In this document: positions 8,912 through 18,394 of the stretch, one piece after another | How the letters are laid out: every line of letters begins with the position of its first letter | Numbering within the stretch: the stretch's first letter is position 1 | Assembly: GCA_050015075.1 (NCBI GenBank) | Contig: JBEKCB010000011.1 | Span: 1 to 64,000 of the forward strand | DNA length: 64,000 nucleotides | Origin: Candidatus Brocadiia bacterium | Lineage (GTDB): Bacteria > Planctomycetota > Brocadiia > CAIUPP01 | Reading direction: 5' to 3' | Program-made: the position numbers and the translations under genes | The notes under the pieces: model-generated | Told to the model about the DNA's origin: nothing | Databases searched by the model: none | Seen by the model: only the letters and a program-made list of their open reading frames with translations

Positions 8912-10378
8912 ATGGCGTTCCACCTCGGGGTTGATGTCGGGACGACGAAGATCGCCGCGGTGGTCGTGGATTCAAGCTCGGGGCGCGAGGTCGTGGTGAA
9001 GGAGGTCCCGAACGATACGGAGACGACCTCCGCCGCGGATAAGGCGCGCGGTCGCAGCGAATGGGACGCGGCGGCCTCGGCGAAGCGCGTGTTCGAATGC
9101 ATCGCCGCGGCGGTCAGGGGCGCTCGCGGCGGTGAGATTAAAGGGATCGGCGTTACCGGCCAGATGCACGGCATGGTGCTCCTCGCGGACGGCTCGCCCA
9201 TTTCACCCTTCATCGGCTGGCAGGACCGGCGCTGCCAGGAAATGCTCCCCGGACGCGACGTCAATTACATTGACCGGATGATGCAACTGGCCGGCGTGGG
9301 CGGATTTGCGGGGACCGGCTGCACTCCGGCGACCGGCTACATGGCCTCGACATTGTTCTGGCTGGCCCAGAACGGCAACACGCGCGTGACGAAATCCGCC
9401 GCGCGTCCCGCGCGCGATGGCGTCATGGCGTGCTTCCTGCCGGACTACCTGGTCCTGCGCCTCACCGGCCTTGGGCCGGTTACCGATCCGACCGATGCCG
9501 CCGGCGCCGGCGTGCTCGACGTGGCCACCGGCGCGTGGAACAACGGGTTGATCTCGAAGCTCGGGCTGAGGACGGACATCTTCCCGCCCATTCTCAAGTC
9601 CGGCGCGGTGGCCGGCGGGTTGACCGCGGAGGCGGCGAGCGCGCTGGGGCTGAAGCAAGGCATCCCGGTCTGCGTCGCCTGCGGCGACAACCAGGCCGGA
9701 TTCGCCGGCAGCGTGGCCGAGCCGCCGGAATCCATCCTCGTCAACATCGGGACCGGCGCGCAGGTGTCGGCATGGGTGCCCGGCTGTCCGAGCGCCGAGA
9801 ACCTCGACACCCGGCCTCACGTGGACGGCGGTTTTCTGCTCGTCGGCGCGCCGCTGTGCGGCGGCGTGTCGTACGCGTTCCTGCGGGATTTCCTCATCGC
9901 GGCCGGCCGCGAGTTTTTCGGCGCGAGCGGCGACGCTGACATCTACGAGAAGATGAACAGCCTGGCGGCCGCAGTGCCCGCCGGCGCGGACGGGTTGCGC
10001 TGCGAGCCGCTGTTCACCGGCTCGCGTGCGGATCCGCAACGGCGCGCCTCGTGGAACGGCATGAGCCCGGCGAACTTCACTCCCGGCCATTTCGCGCGCG
10101 CCATCATTGAAGGCATCGTGGAGCAGGTCCGGCTGCACTACGCGGACATGCTCGGCGGCGGCATGAGACCCCGGCGTCAGCTCATCTGCACCGGCAACGG
10201 CGTCCGCAGGAATCCGCTGCTCTCGCAGACTCTCTCCGCCGCGTTCCAGATGCCGCTCCGTGTGACCGTCAGCACCGAGGAAGCCGCTTTCGGCGCGGCA
10301 TTGCTCGCAGCGGTCGCTTCGGGCGAATTCGCCAGCCTTCGCGATGCGGCAGAACTGATCGCGTACAGTCCGTTGTAG
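8912..10378 (+). CDS. FGGY-family carbohydrate kinase (sedoheptulokinase-like)
   Basis: LGVDVGTT, IGVTGQMHG, WQDRR, GDNQA, VNIGTGAQVS, EEAAFGAA. Confidence 0.85.
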   Translation: MAFHLGVDVGTTKIAAVVVDSSSGREVVVKEVPNDTETTSAADKARGRSEWDAAASAKRVFECIAAAVRGARGGEIKGIGVTGQMHGMVLLADGSPISPFIGWQDRRCQEMLPGRDVNYIDRMMQLAGVGGFAGTGCTPATGYMASTLFWLAQNGNTRVTKSAARPARDGVMACFLPDYLVLRLTGLGPVTDPTDAAGAGVLDVATGAWNNGLISKLGLRTDIFPPILKSGAVAGGLTAEAASALGLKQGIPVCVACGDNQAGFAGSVAEPPESILVNIGTGAQVSAWVPGCPSAENLDTRPHVDGGFLLVGAPLCGGVSYAFLRDFLIAAGREFFGASGDADIYEKMNSLAAAVPAGADGLRCEPLFTGSRADPQRRASWNGMSPANFTPGHFARAIIEGIVEQVRLHYADMLGGGMRPRRQLICTGNGVRRNPLLSQTLSAAFQMPLRVTVSTEEAAFGAALLAAVASGEFASLRDAAELIAYSPL

Positions 10379-10493
10379 GGATTTCCGTCGTTGCGGGTTT
10401 TCATGTGGGAACTCGCCACAGGCCGCCTGCAAAATGGCTTGGATGCCGGCTGCGTATCTCCTTTACAGAAAGTAAGTTAGAGAATATGCCGAG

Positions 10494-10509
10494 CGGCACG
10501 CCAGTTGCA
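10494..10509 (+). promoter_or_regulatory. sigma54 (-24/-12) promoter of the Tad cluster
   Basis: CGGCACG-CCAG-TTGCA, GG to GC spacing 12 nt; a TTGCGG-N17-TACAAT element follows at 10519-10547. Confidence 0.65.
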
Positions 10510-10578
10510 CGACGTATATTGCGGTCGGTGTCTCAGAGTGGTACAATGAAAGCGTCGGAAGCCAGTTCCGGTAGCTCG

Positions 10579-10767
10579 ATGAACGTCAAAAGCATAGTAG
10601 AACCGGTCAGGCGGCTCCGCAGCGAACATGGCCAGGCGGTGACTGAGTATGCGCTGCTGGCGTTCTGGACGGTGCTCATCATCGTGCTGGCTTGGAAGGC
10701 GTTGCAACTGGCGTTGCTGGATTCGTACCAGGACTTGGCGTCGTTGATTTGCCTGCCCATCCCGTAG
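10579..10767 (+). CDS. Flp/TadE-like small prepilin
   Basis: G|QAVTEY prepilin motif followed by a hydrophobic helix. Confidence 0.75.
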   Translation: MNVKSIVEPVRRLRSEHGQAVTEYALLAFWTVLIIVLAWKALQLALLDSYQDLASLICLPIP

Positions 10768-10821
10768 ATGGGCGCTCAGGGGACAGCCGCCGAGAGGCGG
10801 CATTAAGATAGGAGGCGCGGA

Positions 10822-11055
10822 ATGCGTTACTTGCAGAGGAAGACGCGGTCCGGGCAGACGACGGCCGAGTACGCGATCATCGTCGCGCTCGTGGCGGTCT
10901 GCTCCATCGCAATCATCATGATTTTCGGCGACCAGATTCGCGCGCTGATCGGCGCGGAGTCCCAGCAGCTCGGCGGCAACACGGCCGCGCAGAATCAGCA
11001 GTTGGATACGGCTCCGGGCGCCACGCCTGGCCAGCACAACCTCGGCAAATTCTGA
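10822..11055 (+). CDS. flp: Flp family type IVc major pilin
   Basis: G|QTTAEYAIIVALVAV Flp motif; AGGAGG RBS. Confidence 0.92.
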   Translation: MRYLQRKTRSGQTTAEYAIIVALVAVCSIAIIMIFGDQIRALIGAESQQLGGNTAAQNQQLDTAPGATPGQHNLGKF

Positions 11056-11216
11056 GCCGGCGATTCCGCGGCGCGGCCCTGGCAGGCGGAAGGCGGGGCC
11101 GGCCGCATCTGCAGGATCGGCGGCCTTTCAATCCCGCGTACGGCCGCGGGGCTGAGGCAGTCGTGACACATGGCCCGGCGCGCGGCCACATCTCTGGGCG
11201 GTAGCGAGGAGGAGCG

Positions 11217-11795
11217 GTGTTCGGTGAGATTATTCTCGCGCGGCACATCTGCCTCCTGGCGCTGGCGGTGACCTGCGCCTACACCGATCTCGCGCGCGGC
11301 AAGCTGTACAACGTCGTGACCCTCGGCGGACTGGCCATCGGCCTGGCGCTGGCGTACTTCCTCGACTCGGCGGCTCCTCATACCGACTTCCATTATCCCC
11401 TGACAACGTATCTCGTCAACGCGGCGCTGGGCGCAGCGCTGGGCGGCGGAGTGCTGTTCCTGCTCTACCTGGCCGGCGGATTCGACGCCGGCGACGTGAA
11501 GATGATGGCGGCCGTGGGCGCGTTGGGGACGCCGACCGTCACGCGCAGCGCCCCGGCTGCGACCTTCGACTTCATCCTCTGGGCGCTCTTCTATACCGCG
11601 CTGGTCGGCGCAGTGATCGGCGTAGGCCTGCTGATCTGGCGCGGCCGGCTGCGGCAGGGACTCAAGGACAGCGTCCGCGCCATGGTGAGCTTCCGGAAAG
11701 TGCGCCGCGAGGAGGTTTCGCCCGACGCGACGATGCCGTACGGCCTGGCCATCGGGATCGGCGTCATCTGGGCCTGGCTCGAATGCGTATTGTAG
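11217..11795 (+). CDS. cpaA: Prepilin peptidase, A24 family (CpaA/TadV)
   Basis: AYTDL..GKLYN, GGFDAGDVKMMAAVG, MPYGLAI; multiple TM segments. Confidence 0.92.
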   Translation: MFGEIILARHICLLALAVTCAYTDLARGKLYNVVTLGGLAIGLALAYFLDSAAPHTDFHYPLTTYLVNAALGAALGGGVLFLLYLAGGFDAGDVKMMAAVGALGTPTVTRSAPAATFDFILWALFYTALVGAVIGVGLLIWRGRLRQGLKDSVRAMVSFRKVRREEVSPDATMPYGLAIGIGVIWAWLECVL

Positions 11796-11824
11796 ACTGC
11801 GGCTCGAACATTGAGGATTTCAGA

Positions 11825-12205
11825 ATGGACAGCCGGGAGAAGCGGGATGCGTTGGCAAGGCGATTTGTCTGTTATGCGGCCCGCGTTCTGCGACTTTCAG
11901 CAGCATTGCCGAAAACGGAAGAAGCTCTCCACGTTCGCCGTCAGATCCTCCGTTCCGGCACCGCGCCAGGCGCGCACTACCGAGAGGCTTGCGGCGCCGA
12001 AAGCAGGATGGATTTCGTTCATAAGCTGCGGATCGGTCTCAAGGAGCTGTACGAGACAGACTACTGGCTGGCGGTGATTGAGGAAGCAGGAATGCTGCCG
12101 GGCGTCAAGCTTAAGGACATCCAACAGGAGACGAGCGAGCTTATAGCCATCCTGGTGAGATCGGTCATGACCGCTCGAAGGAACGCCGCTCGTGCGAAAA
12201 AGTAA
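11825..12205 (+). CDS. Four-helix-bundle protein (TIGR02436 / 23S rRNA IVP-like family)
   Basis: QILRSGTAPGAHYREA..AESRMDFVHKLRIGLKELYETDYWL...ELIAIL signature. Confidence 0.92.
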   Translation: MDSREKRDALARRFVCYAARVLRLSAALPKTEEALHVRRQILRSGTAPGAHYREACGAESRMDFVHKLRIGLKELYETDYWLAVIEEAGMLPGVKLKDIQQETSELIAILVRSVMTARRNAARAKK

Positions 12206-12956
12206 TTCTTCAAACCCTCATCTTCAATCCGCAGTGTTCAATGCTCGCGCCGGCGAGCGCGGCCAGGCTCTGGTGGAATATGCGATCGTCTTTCCGCTTC
12301 AACTCATGATGACGCTGGCGATCATTCAGTTGGCGCAGATTTTCGTCGCGAAGCAGGTGGTCGAGTACGCCGCCTTCTGCGGAGCGCGAGCGAAACTCGT
12401 GGGCCTCTCGGACGACGAGGCGCGCGCGGCCGCCGTCATCCCGCTTTCGGGCATCTGCGGCTCCGATCCGATGTTGGACGGCGCCGGCACGCCGCCGCTC
12501 ACCGGCGCGGCGGGGAACACCACGGCGCCGCACGCGTTCTCCATGATTCTTCCCGGCTGGGGCAGCCGGACGATGTCCTCTGCGACCTACCAGGCGATCC
12601 TGGCCGGCATCCCGGCCGGCCCTGACGGCGACGCGGAGCGGGCGCAGTTGAACCAGTTTTACAATACGGCCCAGACGCAGTATCTCTCCGGCTGCGGCAC
12701 TGCTTCGAACGCCGACTTCACTCCGGTCAACCAATCGCAATCGAATGCCGCGCTGCCCGGCGTCGGCTGGACCATCCAGTTCAATTACCCGCTGCGGGTG
12801 CCGGTCGGGAATGTCCTCGACTACCAGATCGGCCAGGTTTTCCTGGGCGTGGATTCGCAGTACCTGACCACCGTCAGCACCGCCAACGGGTCGCAGCCGG
12901 CCCTGGTCATGACGGCGTCGTGCGTGTTGCCGAGTTTGACCAACGGCGGTCAGTGA
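12192..12956 (+). CDS. TadE-like minor pilin
   Basis: G|QALVEYAIVFPL...YAAFCGAR; start uncertain. Confidence 0.85.
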   Translation: MRKSNSSNPHLQSAVFNARAGERGQALVEYAIVFPLQLMMTLAIIQLAQIFVAKQVVEYAAFCGARAKLVGLSDDEARAAAVIPLSGICGSDPMLDGAGTPPLTGAAGNTTAPHAFSMILPGWGSRTMSSATYQAILAGIPAGPDGDAERAQLNQFYNTAQTQYLSGCGTASNADFTPVNQSQSNAALPGVGWTIQFNYPLRVPVGNVLDYQIGQVFLGVDSQYLTTVSTANGSQPALVMTASCVLPSLTNGGQ

Positions 12957-12992
12957 TGTGCAGGGCACATAGTTGAAAGCGCAGGGTGCAGG

Positions 12993-15611
12993 ATGACGGA
13001 TTCCAATCAGAAATCAGGAATCGGCCGTTTCGTCGCGGACGAATCCGGCCAGGGCATCATCTTCGCCGCGGCGACGCTGCTGCTTCTGGTGGGCTTCGTC
13101 GCGTTCGTGTTCAACTTCGGCCGGCTGCTCGACCGGCGGACGAAGACGCAGATCGCCGCCGATGCCGCCGCGTATTCCGGCGCGATGGTCGAGGCGGACG
13201 CGGTGAGCGCCATCGCCTATATCAACAGCGCCATGTCGCAGGTCTATTACAACAGCCTCAAGTACGCGGTGGACATGAACGAGTCGGCCGTGGCGGCGGA
13301 GCTGGAACGTCGGATGAATTTCACCACGAATCCGCCTTTTACGCCGGGCGGCCCCTCCTGGAATACTTACCTGACCGTGTACTCCACCGTGAGCCAAAGC
13401 CTGCCGGAGGCGAAGCAGTTGATGCTGCAGCTCTCGCAGCTCGAGAATGCCATCGCCATCGTCACGCCGCGGCTCGTCCAGGAAGAGATGTTCGCCGTCG
13501 CCGGCCGCGCGGGCGGCGAGCGCATGTCGGTTTACCCCAGCTTCCGCATGTTCCCTTCGCCGGACAGCCTGGTGCAATTTGCGATCTCGTGCCTGGGCAA
13601 CGGATGGCAGGTCACCAACCTCGGCACGGGGGACACGCTCACCATCACGCTCAACGGCAATACCTGGGACATGAAGTGGATCTCGGCCACGTCGTCCCGG
13701 GAAGTGCAGATTACGCAGAACAACTCGACGAGCTGGACGATTCAGTTCTCCCAGCCGGCCGGCACGCCGGTCCAGTTAGTTAACGTCGATAACGAGCCGA
13801 ACCTTGGCTGGGTGATCTCGGGCACCGGGGTGAACCCGAACGGCGGACCGCCGGTCCCGATGCAGCCGATCACGTTCACGCCGGTGGACCCGGCCGGCCT
13901 CGGCTACAACGAGGGTGTGCAGATCAGCCAGGGCGGATCTTCACAAATACTGATGCGCACGCCCGACGGCAACATCTCCCTCTGGAACGGGTCCAGTTAC
14001 ATTCCGATGACCTCGAACACCACAACCATCGGCGGCGTGAACGTGCAGGTCAACGTCACGAATACGATCAACTTTGCCGGCGGCGGCTCAGCGCAAATCG
14101 GCAATCCGAGTGTCTTGAACATCGGCGGGGCGCGCATCGTTCTGAGTAATCCGCCGACGATCGGGACCGGCTTCGGCCCGGTTTGGATCAACATCACGGG
14201 GTTCAACCCGAACCAGTTCAACATCTCCGCCGGCGGCTTCAGCCTGATGCCCGGCAATTCCAACGGCCGCTGGAACGACCACTATAACCCGGCCGAGGAA
14301 CTCTGGTGGCGCAACCGGCTGGTCGTCATGGGGACCGACGCCAACGGCAATCCGAACCAGTGGGAGTATGATTGGGAGCAGCTCGGGGCGCTGCTGCAAG
14401 CTGAGCCGCAGAACGGCAACATCACGGCCCACGCGTTCATGGGCAGCGGCAACGGCTACACTTCCGACCCCGGCACGTGGCCGACTTGGACCGGCTGGTT
14501 CAACCCGTTTCCCTACCCGATGCCCAATAACCCTACCCAAAATTACGCGATGCCGTACGATATCTCGACTCAAGCGCCCCAAGACCCCACTTGGTTCGGG
14601 CCGCCGGACGGGAAAGGCATCAGCCATTTGCTCTCGCAATACGCGGCGCCGGTTATCGCGCCCCAGGCGTACTACCAGACCGCGAAATGCGCTTATTGCA
14701 ACGGCACGGGAATGGTTCCCGGCACCAATGTGGTGGGTTCCTGCCCGGTTTGCCACGGATGGGACAATGCCGGGAACCTGACCTATTCCAATGTGCGCGT
14801 ATTCATCGGCGACCTTGCGACGAGTGTGCATACGGTCGTCCACTTGAGCAATCCGGCCGCGCAGATCTTCCCGGACGATTTCTATCTCAGCGCGCCCATG
14901 TTCCGTCAGACCAGCGTCACCAATTATCCCAATCCGTCGAGCCCCGGCGTCGCGATTGCGACCCCTGGGCTGCCGCTCGTCGCGTATGATGACTTCTTCA
15001 AATGGGGTGTGAACGTCGGCGTCTGGAAGCATCCTTACAACGGTTTATGGACCGGGACGAACGGCGGCCAGTCGGACAACCTGATGTTGTCCAACGTGCA
15101 GGATCCGCTTTCCCAAGTGGTGTTCTTCCCCAGTTCGGTCGAGCCGGCCTGGGGAACGGTGGCGGTCGCCAGCGCGCGCGTGGGGCTTCCGGTCGCCATC
15201 GGGGGCCTGCCGAACGGCGGCGTGGCGCTTCCGAATGTCAATGGAAGTTACCTCTGCCAATTCAGCGACGCGGCCGACCGCTCAGCCTGGTGTCAGTCCT
15301 CGCTCGAGAATCTCTACTACGCCGACGTGCAGGCGCAGCTCTTCGCTTCGAAGAACCAGGTGGGCGACTTCGACCTGGATGAGGCCATCCTGCAGGGCAC
15401 TCCGGTTGCCGCGATTGACGAGAGCGGGCTTTCGTACCTCTGGAGCGCGATCCTGGCGCAGAATAGTTATAACTACCGCAATGACTGGATGAACCGGTTC
15501 AACGGAGAGGCCGACCCGCGAATCGGCCAGGCTCTGAGGAACATGCAGGACCGCCAGGGCGCGACGTTCGACTACGGCAGCGGGAACTTGAACCAGGTCG
15601 TGCAGCATTAG
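12993..15611 (+). CDS. Large TadG-like pilus tip/adhesin protein with an N-terminal Tad domain and a CxxCxGxG zinc-finger-like motif
   Basis: ESG|QGIIFAAATLLLL..FNFG..KTQIAADAAAYSGA; Asn/Gly/Pro/Thr-rich body; CAYCNGTG...CPVCHG. Confidence 0.82.
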   Translation: MTDSNQKSGIGRFVADESGQGIIFAAATLLLLVGFVAFVFNFGRLLDRRTKTQIAADAAAYSGAMVEADAVSAIAYINSAMSQVYYNSLKYAVDMNESAVAAELERRMNFTTNPPFTPGGPSWNTYLTVYSTVSQSLPEAKQLMLQLSQLENAIAIVTPRLVQEEMFAVAGRAGGERMSVYPSFRMFPSPDSLVQFAISCLGNGWQVTNLGTGDTLTITLNGNTWDMKWISATSSREVQITQNNSTSWTIQFSQPAGTPVQLVNVDNEPNLGWVISGTGVNPNGGPPVPMQPITFTPVDPAGLGYNEGVQISQGGSSQILMRTPDGNISLWNGSSYIPMTSNTTTIGGVNVQVNVTNTINFAGGGSAQIGNPSVLNIGGARIVLSNPPTIGTGFGPVWINITGFNPNQFNISAGGFSLMPGNSNGRWNDHYNPAEELWWRNRLVVMGTDANGNPNQWEYDWEQLGALLQAEPQNGNITAHAFMGSGNGYTSDPGTWPTWTGWFNPFPYPMPNNPTQNYAMPYDISTQAPQDPTWFGPPDGKGISHLLSQYAAPVIAPQAYYQTAKCAYCNGTGMVPGTNVVGSCPVCHGWDNAGNLTYSNVRVFIGDLATSVHTVVHLSNPAAQIFPDDFYLSAPMFRQTSVTNYPNPSSPGVAIATPGLPLVAYDDFFKWGVNVGVWKHPYNGLWTGTNGGQSDNLMLSNVQDPLSQVVFFPSSVEPAWGTVAVASARVGLPVAIGGLPNGGVALPNVNGSYLCQFSDAADRSAWCQSSLENLYYADVQAQLFASKNQVGDFDLDEAILQGTPVAAIDESGLSYLWSAILAQNSYNYRNDWMNRFNGEADPRIGQALRNMQDRQGATFDYGSGNLNQVVQH

Positions 15612-15726
15612 AAGGCAGGATGCAGAATGCAGGATGCAGAATGCAGAAGTGAGCGTCCGATCAACGGCCTGAGCCATTCGCGGGAACGTTCTGCACTCTG
15701 CGCTCTGCACCCTGCATTCTGCACTC
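15610..15726. repeat. Inverted heptamer arrays (GCAGAAT)n / (ATTCTGC)n
   Basis: Direct inspection; overlaps the 5' end of the next ORF. Confidence 0.88.
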
Positions 15727-16784
15727 GCCGTTGCGCCCGCGCAACAGCGCTGATCGAAACCGCGATCGTCCTTCCGCTCTACATGATCCTGCTCCTCGGC
15801 CTGCTGTATTTCGGCTATGCGACGCTGGGGCAGCAACGGCAGGACAAGGCCACCGCCTACGCGGCATGGCAGCCTGGAGCGCAGCAGGCCCCGCAGCAGG
15901 CCGGCGCCCTGATCGGCCCCGGCCCGTTCTGGTTGTGGAACGGGCCGATCACGCCCAACCCGGCGCCGCCCGGCAATTCCAGCGCCACATTCGGCGACAC
16001 GACCCTCTCCTTTCACGGCGGCAGCATCAATGGCCTGTGGGTCCGCCCGACCGATGAGTACTACGGCATGACGATCAACGGCACGGTCTTCATCCCGTCC
16101 CAACTGGTTACGGGCATTTACACGATCCCCGGCTACGTGCAGCGCGACGAGGTCTTTGATCGCGAACGGATAGCCGTGGACCTGTGGAACTACGCACTCG
16201 GCTCCACTACGCAGTCGTTCACCTTTGTGCCCGGAGCGGGCATCGTGCAGAACTTCAATACGTATTACACTTCGTTCGCCCGCTACCTTAACATAGATGC
16301 GAACCCGGTTGCGGGAGCAGGTTTGCTCAGCGCCAATGACGGTACCCCGCCGACGATCACCGGACCCAATGGGTTGTTCGCGAGATTTACCTGCGCAGCG
16401 CTCAACGGTACTTCCAGCGGAGAACCATGGTTCCAACGGCAGACGGTGGAATCCACCATGTCCTATAACCCGCCGTACTTGCCATGGATCACCCGGGACA
16501 ACACAGTGCAGCAGAACGGCGACAACAATATCACGAATTTTCTAGCCTGGCAGAATCCCAATCCTCCGCCGACGACCGCGACGATGGACTGCGACGTCAC
16601 CCTCCGCAACTCGGACCCGGCTTCCGCGCGCCTGGGGGCCGAGGAGGCGCCGCAGACCGCAGCCGCGCTCCTGATGGACGTCGCCGGCCTCTTGGTCCAG
16701 CCTGCGCTGCCGCTGCCGGACAGCATGGACAACCTGATGCTGAATTCGGCCTTCACGATTCGGCAAGGGTCGGCGTCTTGGTGA
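15627..16784 (+). CDS. TadE-like minor pilin (start uncertain; N-terminus is translated repeat)
   Basis: ATALIETAIVLPLYMILLLGLLYFG...AYAAW TadE motif. Confidence 0.8.
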   Translation: MQDAECRSERPINGLSHSRERSALCALHPAFCTRRCARATALIETAIVLPLYMILLLGLLYFGYATLGQQRQDKATAYAAWQPGAQQAPQQAGALIGPGPFWLWNGPITPNPAPPGNSSATFGDTTLSFHGGSINGLWVRPTDEYYGMTINGTVFIPSQLVTGIYTIPGYVQRDEVFDRERIAVDLWNYALGSTTQSFTFVPGAGIVQNFNTYYTSFARYLNIDANPVAGAGLLSANDGTPPTITGPNGLFARFTCAALNGTSSGEPWFQRQTVESTMSYNPPYLPWITRDNTVQQNGDNNITNFLAWQNPNPPPTTATMDCDVTLRNSDPASARLGAEEAPQTAAALLMDVAGLLVQPALPLPDSMDNLMLNSAFTIRQGSASW

Positions 16785-16870
16785 TGGCGATGTTTGGATG
16801 CTGATTGCTGATTTCTGACTGACGGAGAACGCGCGTTGAACATGCGGCAGATCGCAGGCGGGTTCCGCCG

Positions 16871-17362
16871 ATGACGGAGGCCAATCAGAAATCAGAGATC
16901 AGAAATCACAAATCAGAAATCACCCGGTTAGCGCTGATCGTGCTGGTCGCAGCCGTCGTCCTCACCATCGGCCATTACGGCTTTCGAGCATATCAAGGGC
17001 CAGCCGTTGTGGGCGCGCCGGTGCCGATTCAGTTCGGCCGGTCGGCCGGATCCCGCGCGCCGGACGCGCCGCCGCCGCCTCGGTCGAAACCCGCCTTCAC
17101 GACGTCCTCGGCGGGCGCGCCGGGGCGCAGTCTGGCCGAGTACGCCAGCCAGGCCGCGCCGGAGGAAGTCCTCCGGTTCTATCGCGCCGAAATGCCCCGG
17201 CTCGGCTGGACGGAGCGGAAGCTGGCGCCCGGCGCATCCGGCCTGGCGGTGCTCTGGTACTCGAACGCGGCGGGAGATTCGTGTATCATTGCGGTCTCGA
17301 CCCAGCCGGCGGCGGAGACCGCGGTGACGGTTCTGCGCATGCCGCCGAGCGGTGGAAAATGA
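16871..17362 (+). CDS. Tad-cluster membrane-anchored hypothetical protein
   Basis: One N-terminal TM; PEEVLRFYRAEMPRLGW motif; co-oriented in the operon; N-terminus encoded by (AATCAGA)n repeat. Confidence 0.7.
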   Translation: MTEANQKSEIRNHKSEITRLALIVLVAAVVLTIGHYGFRAYQGPAVVGAPVPIQFGRSAGSRAPDAPPPPRSKPAFTTSSAGAPGRSLAEYASQAAPEEVLRFYRAEMPRLGWTERKLAPGASGLAVLWYSNAAGDSCIIAVSTQPAAETAVTVLRMPPSGGK

Positions 17363-17461
17363 ATTTTGCCGCAAAGAGGCGCAAGGAACGCAGGAACAAC
17401 GGATTCCTGAATTCCCTTCTGTCTCTTGCGCCTCTTCGCGGCTGAACTAAGGAGATCTGAC

Positions 17462-18325
17462 TTGAGAAACAAGCTGGCGCTGGTCGTGGCGGTGGTGCTG
17501 GGCCTCATCGCGGTTTATGGCGTCGCGCGGCTGATTCAAGGGGAGAAGGCGAAGTACGAGCAGAAATTCAGGACCGTCCGCGTGGCCGCCGCGGGCAAGC
17601 GCATCCCCGCCGGCACGGTGGTTGACAGGACCTGCCTGCTGGCCGAAGAATCGAAGGACGGCAAGGTCCTCCTGGGCATCGAGAAACCGGAGACGGCGGT
17701 GACCGGCGAGAACATCATGGTCGGCGACGAGGACCGGCTGATCGGCCTGACGATCAACCGCACCGTCGAGCGCGGCGACGACCTGCTCGTGAGCTATTTC
17801 CGGCAGCCGGTCGAGAAGCTCGACACGCAGTTGCACCTGGGCGAGCGGGCGATTACGCTGCGGGTGGACGCGATTACCGGCGTCGCCTCGAATATCGCCC
17901 CGGGCAGCCACGTGGACATCATCGGCACTTTCCCGCTGGCGCAGCAGGCCGGCGCGGCTTCTCCGATGAAGGCCGCCGGCGCGGCCGCCAGCCGCACGCT
18001 GCTGCTCTTCCAGGACGTCACGATCATCGCGGTGGACAACCGGATTCGCGATGAGGACTACGCGCCGACCGCCGGCGGCATGCGCTCGCGGACGTACGGC
18101 TCCGTCACGGTCGCGGCGACTTCGCTGGAGGCCAACGTGCTCGTCTTCGCCCAGCAGTACGGCACGCTGACGCTGGCGCTGCGGCCGCCCGCCGACAGCC
18201 TGCCGCCGTCCGGCGAGATCGAGATCACCGAGAGCAACGTCATCAAGAACGCCGAAGACGCCGAGCGGGCCCGGCAGGACCGGCTGAAGAATAGTTCGCC
18301 GATCCAGGCGACGCCGATGCAATGA
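17462..18325 (+). CDS. cpaB: Flp pilus assembly protein CpaB/RcpC (SAF domain)
   Basis: GERAITLRVDAITGVASNIAPGSHVDII, LFQDVTIIAVD, GTLTLALR; TTG start after AAGGAG. Confidence 0.92.
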   Translation: MRNKLALVVAVVLGLIAVYGVARLIQGEKAKYEQKFRTVRVAAAGKRIPAGTVVDRTCLLAEESKDGKVLLGIEKPETAVTGENIMVGDEDRLIGLTINRTVERGDDLLVSYFRQPVEKLDTQLHLGERAITLRVDAITGVASNIAPGSHVDIIGTFPLAQQAGAASPMKAAGAAASRTLLLFQDVTIIAVDNRIRDEDYAPTAGGMRSRTYGSVTVAATSLEANVLVFAQQYGTLTLALRPPADSLPPSGEIEITESNVIKNAEDAERARQDRLKNSSPIQATPMQ

Positions 18326-18341
18326 GCAGTGCGGAGTGCGG

Positions 18342-18371
18342 CTTGCCCGCCATAGCTTTAGCGAAGGTGGG
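18342..18371 (-). repeat. Small palindromic element (CCGCCTTCGCTAAAGCTATGGCGGGCAAG type) inserted in an AGTGCGG array
   Basis: Related copies at 38500-38529 and 34304-34347. Confidence 0.75.
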
Positions 18372-18394
18372 AGTGTGGAGGCACGAGAATAGCG

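Noticed and set aside
11825-16784. Diversity-generating retroelement (Avd-like protein next to AAC-rich pilin genes)
   Set aside because: No reverse transcriptase, and no TR/VR repeat pair with adenine-specific mismatches was seen
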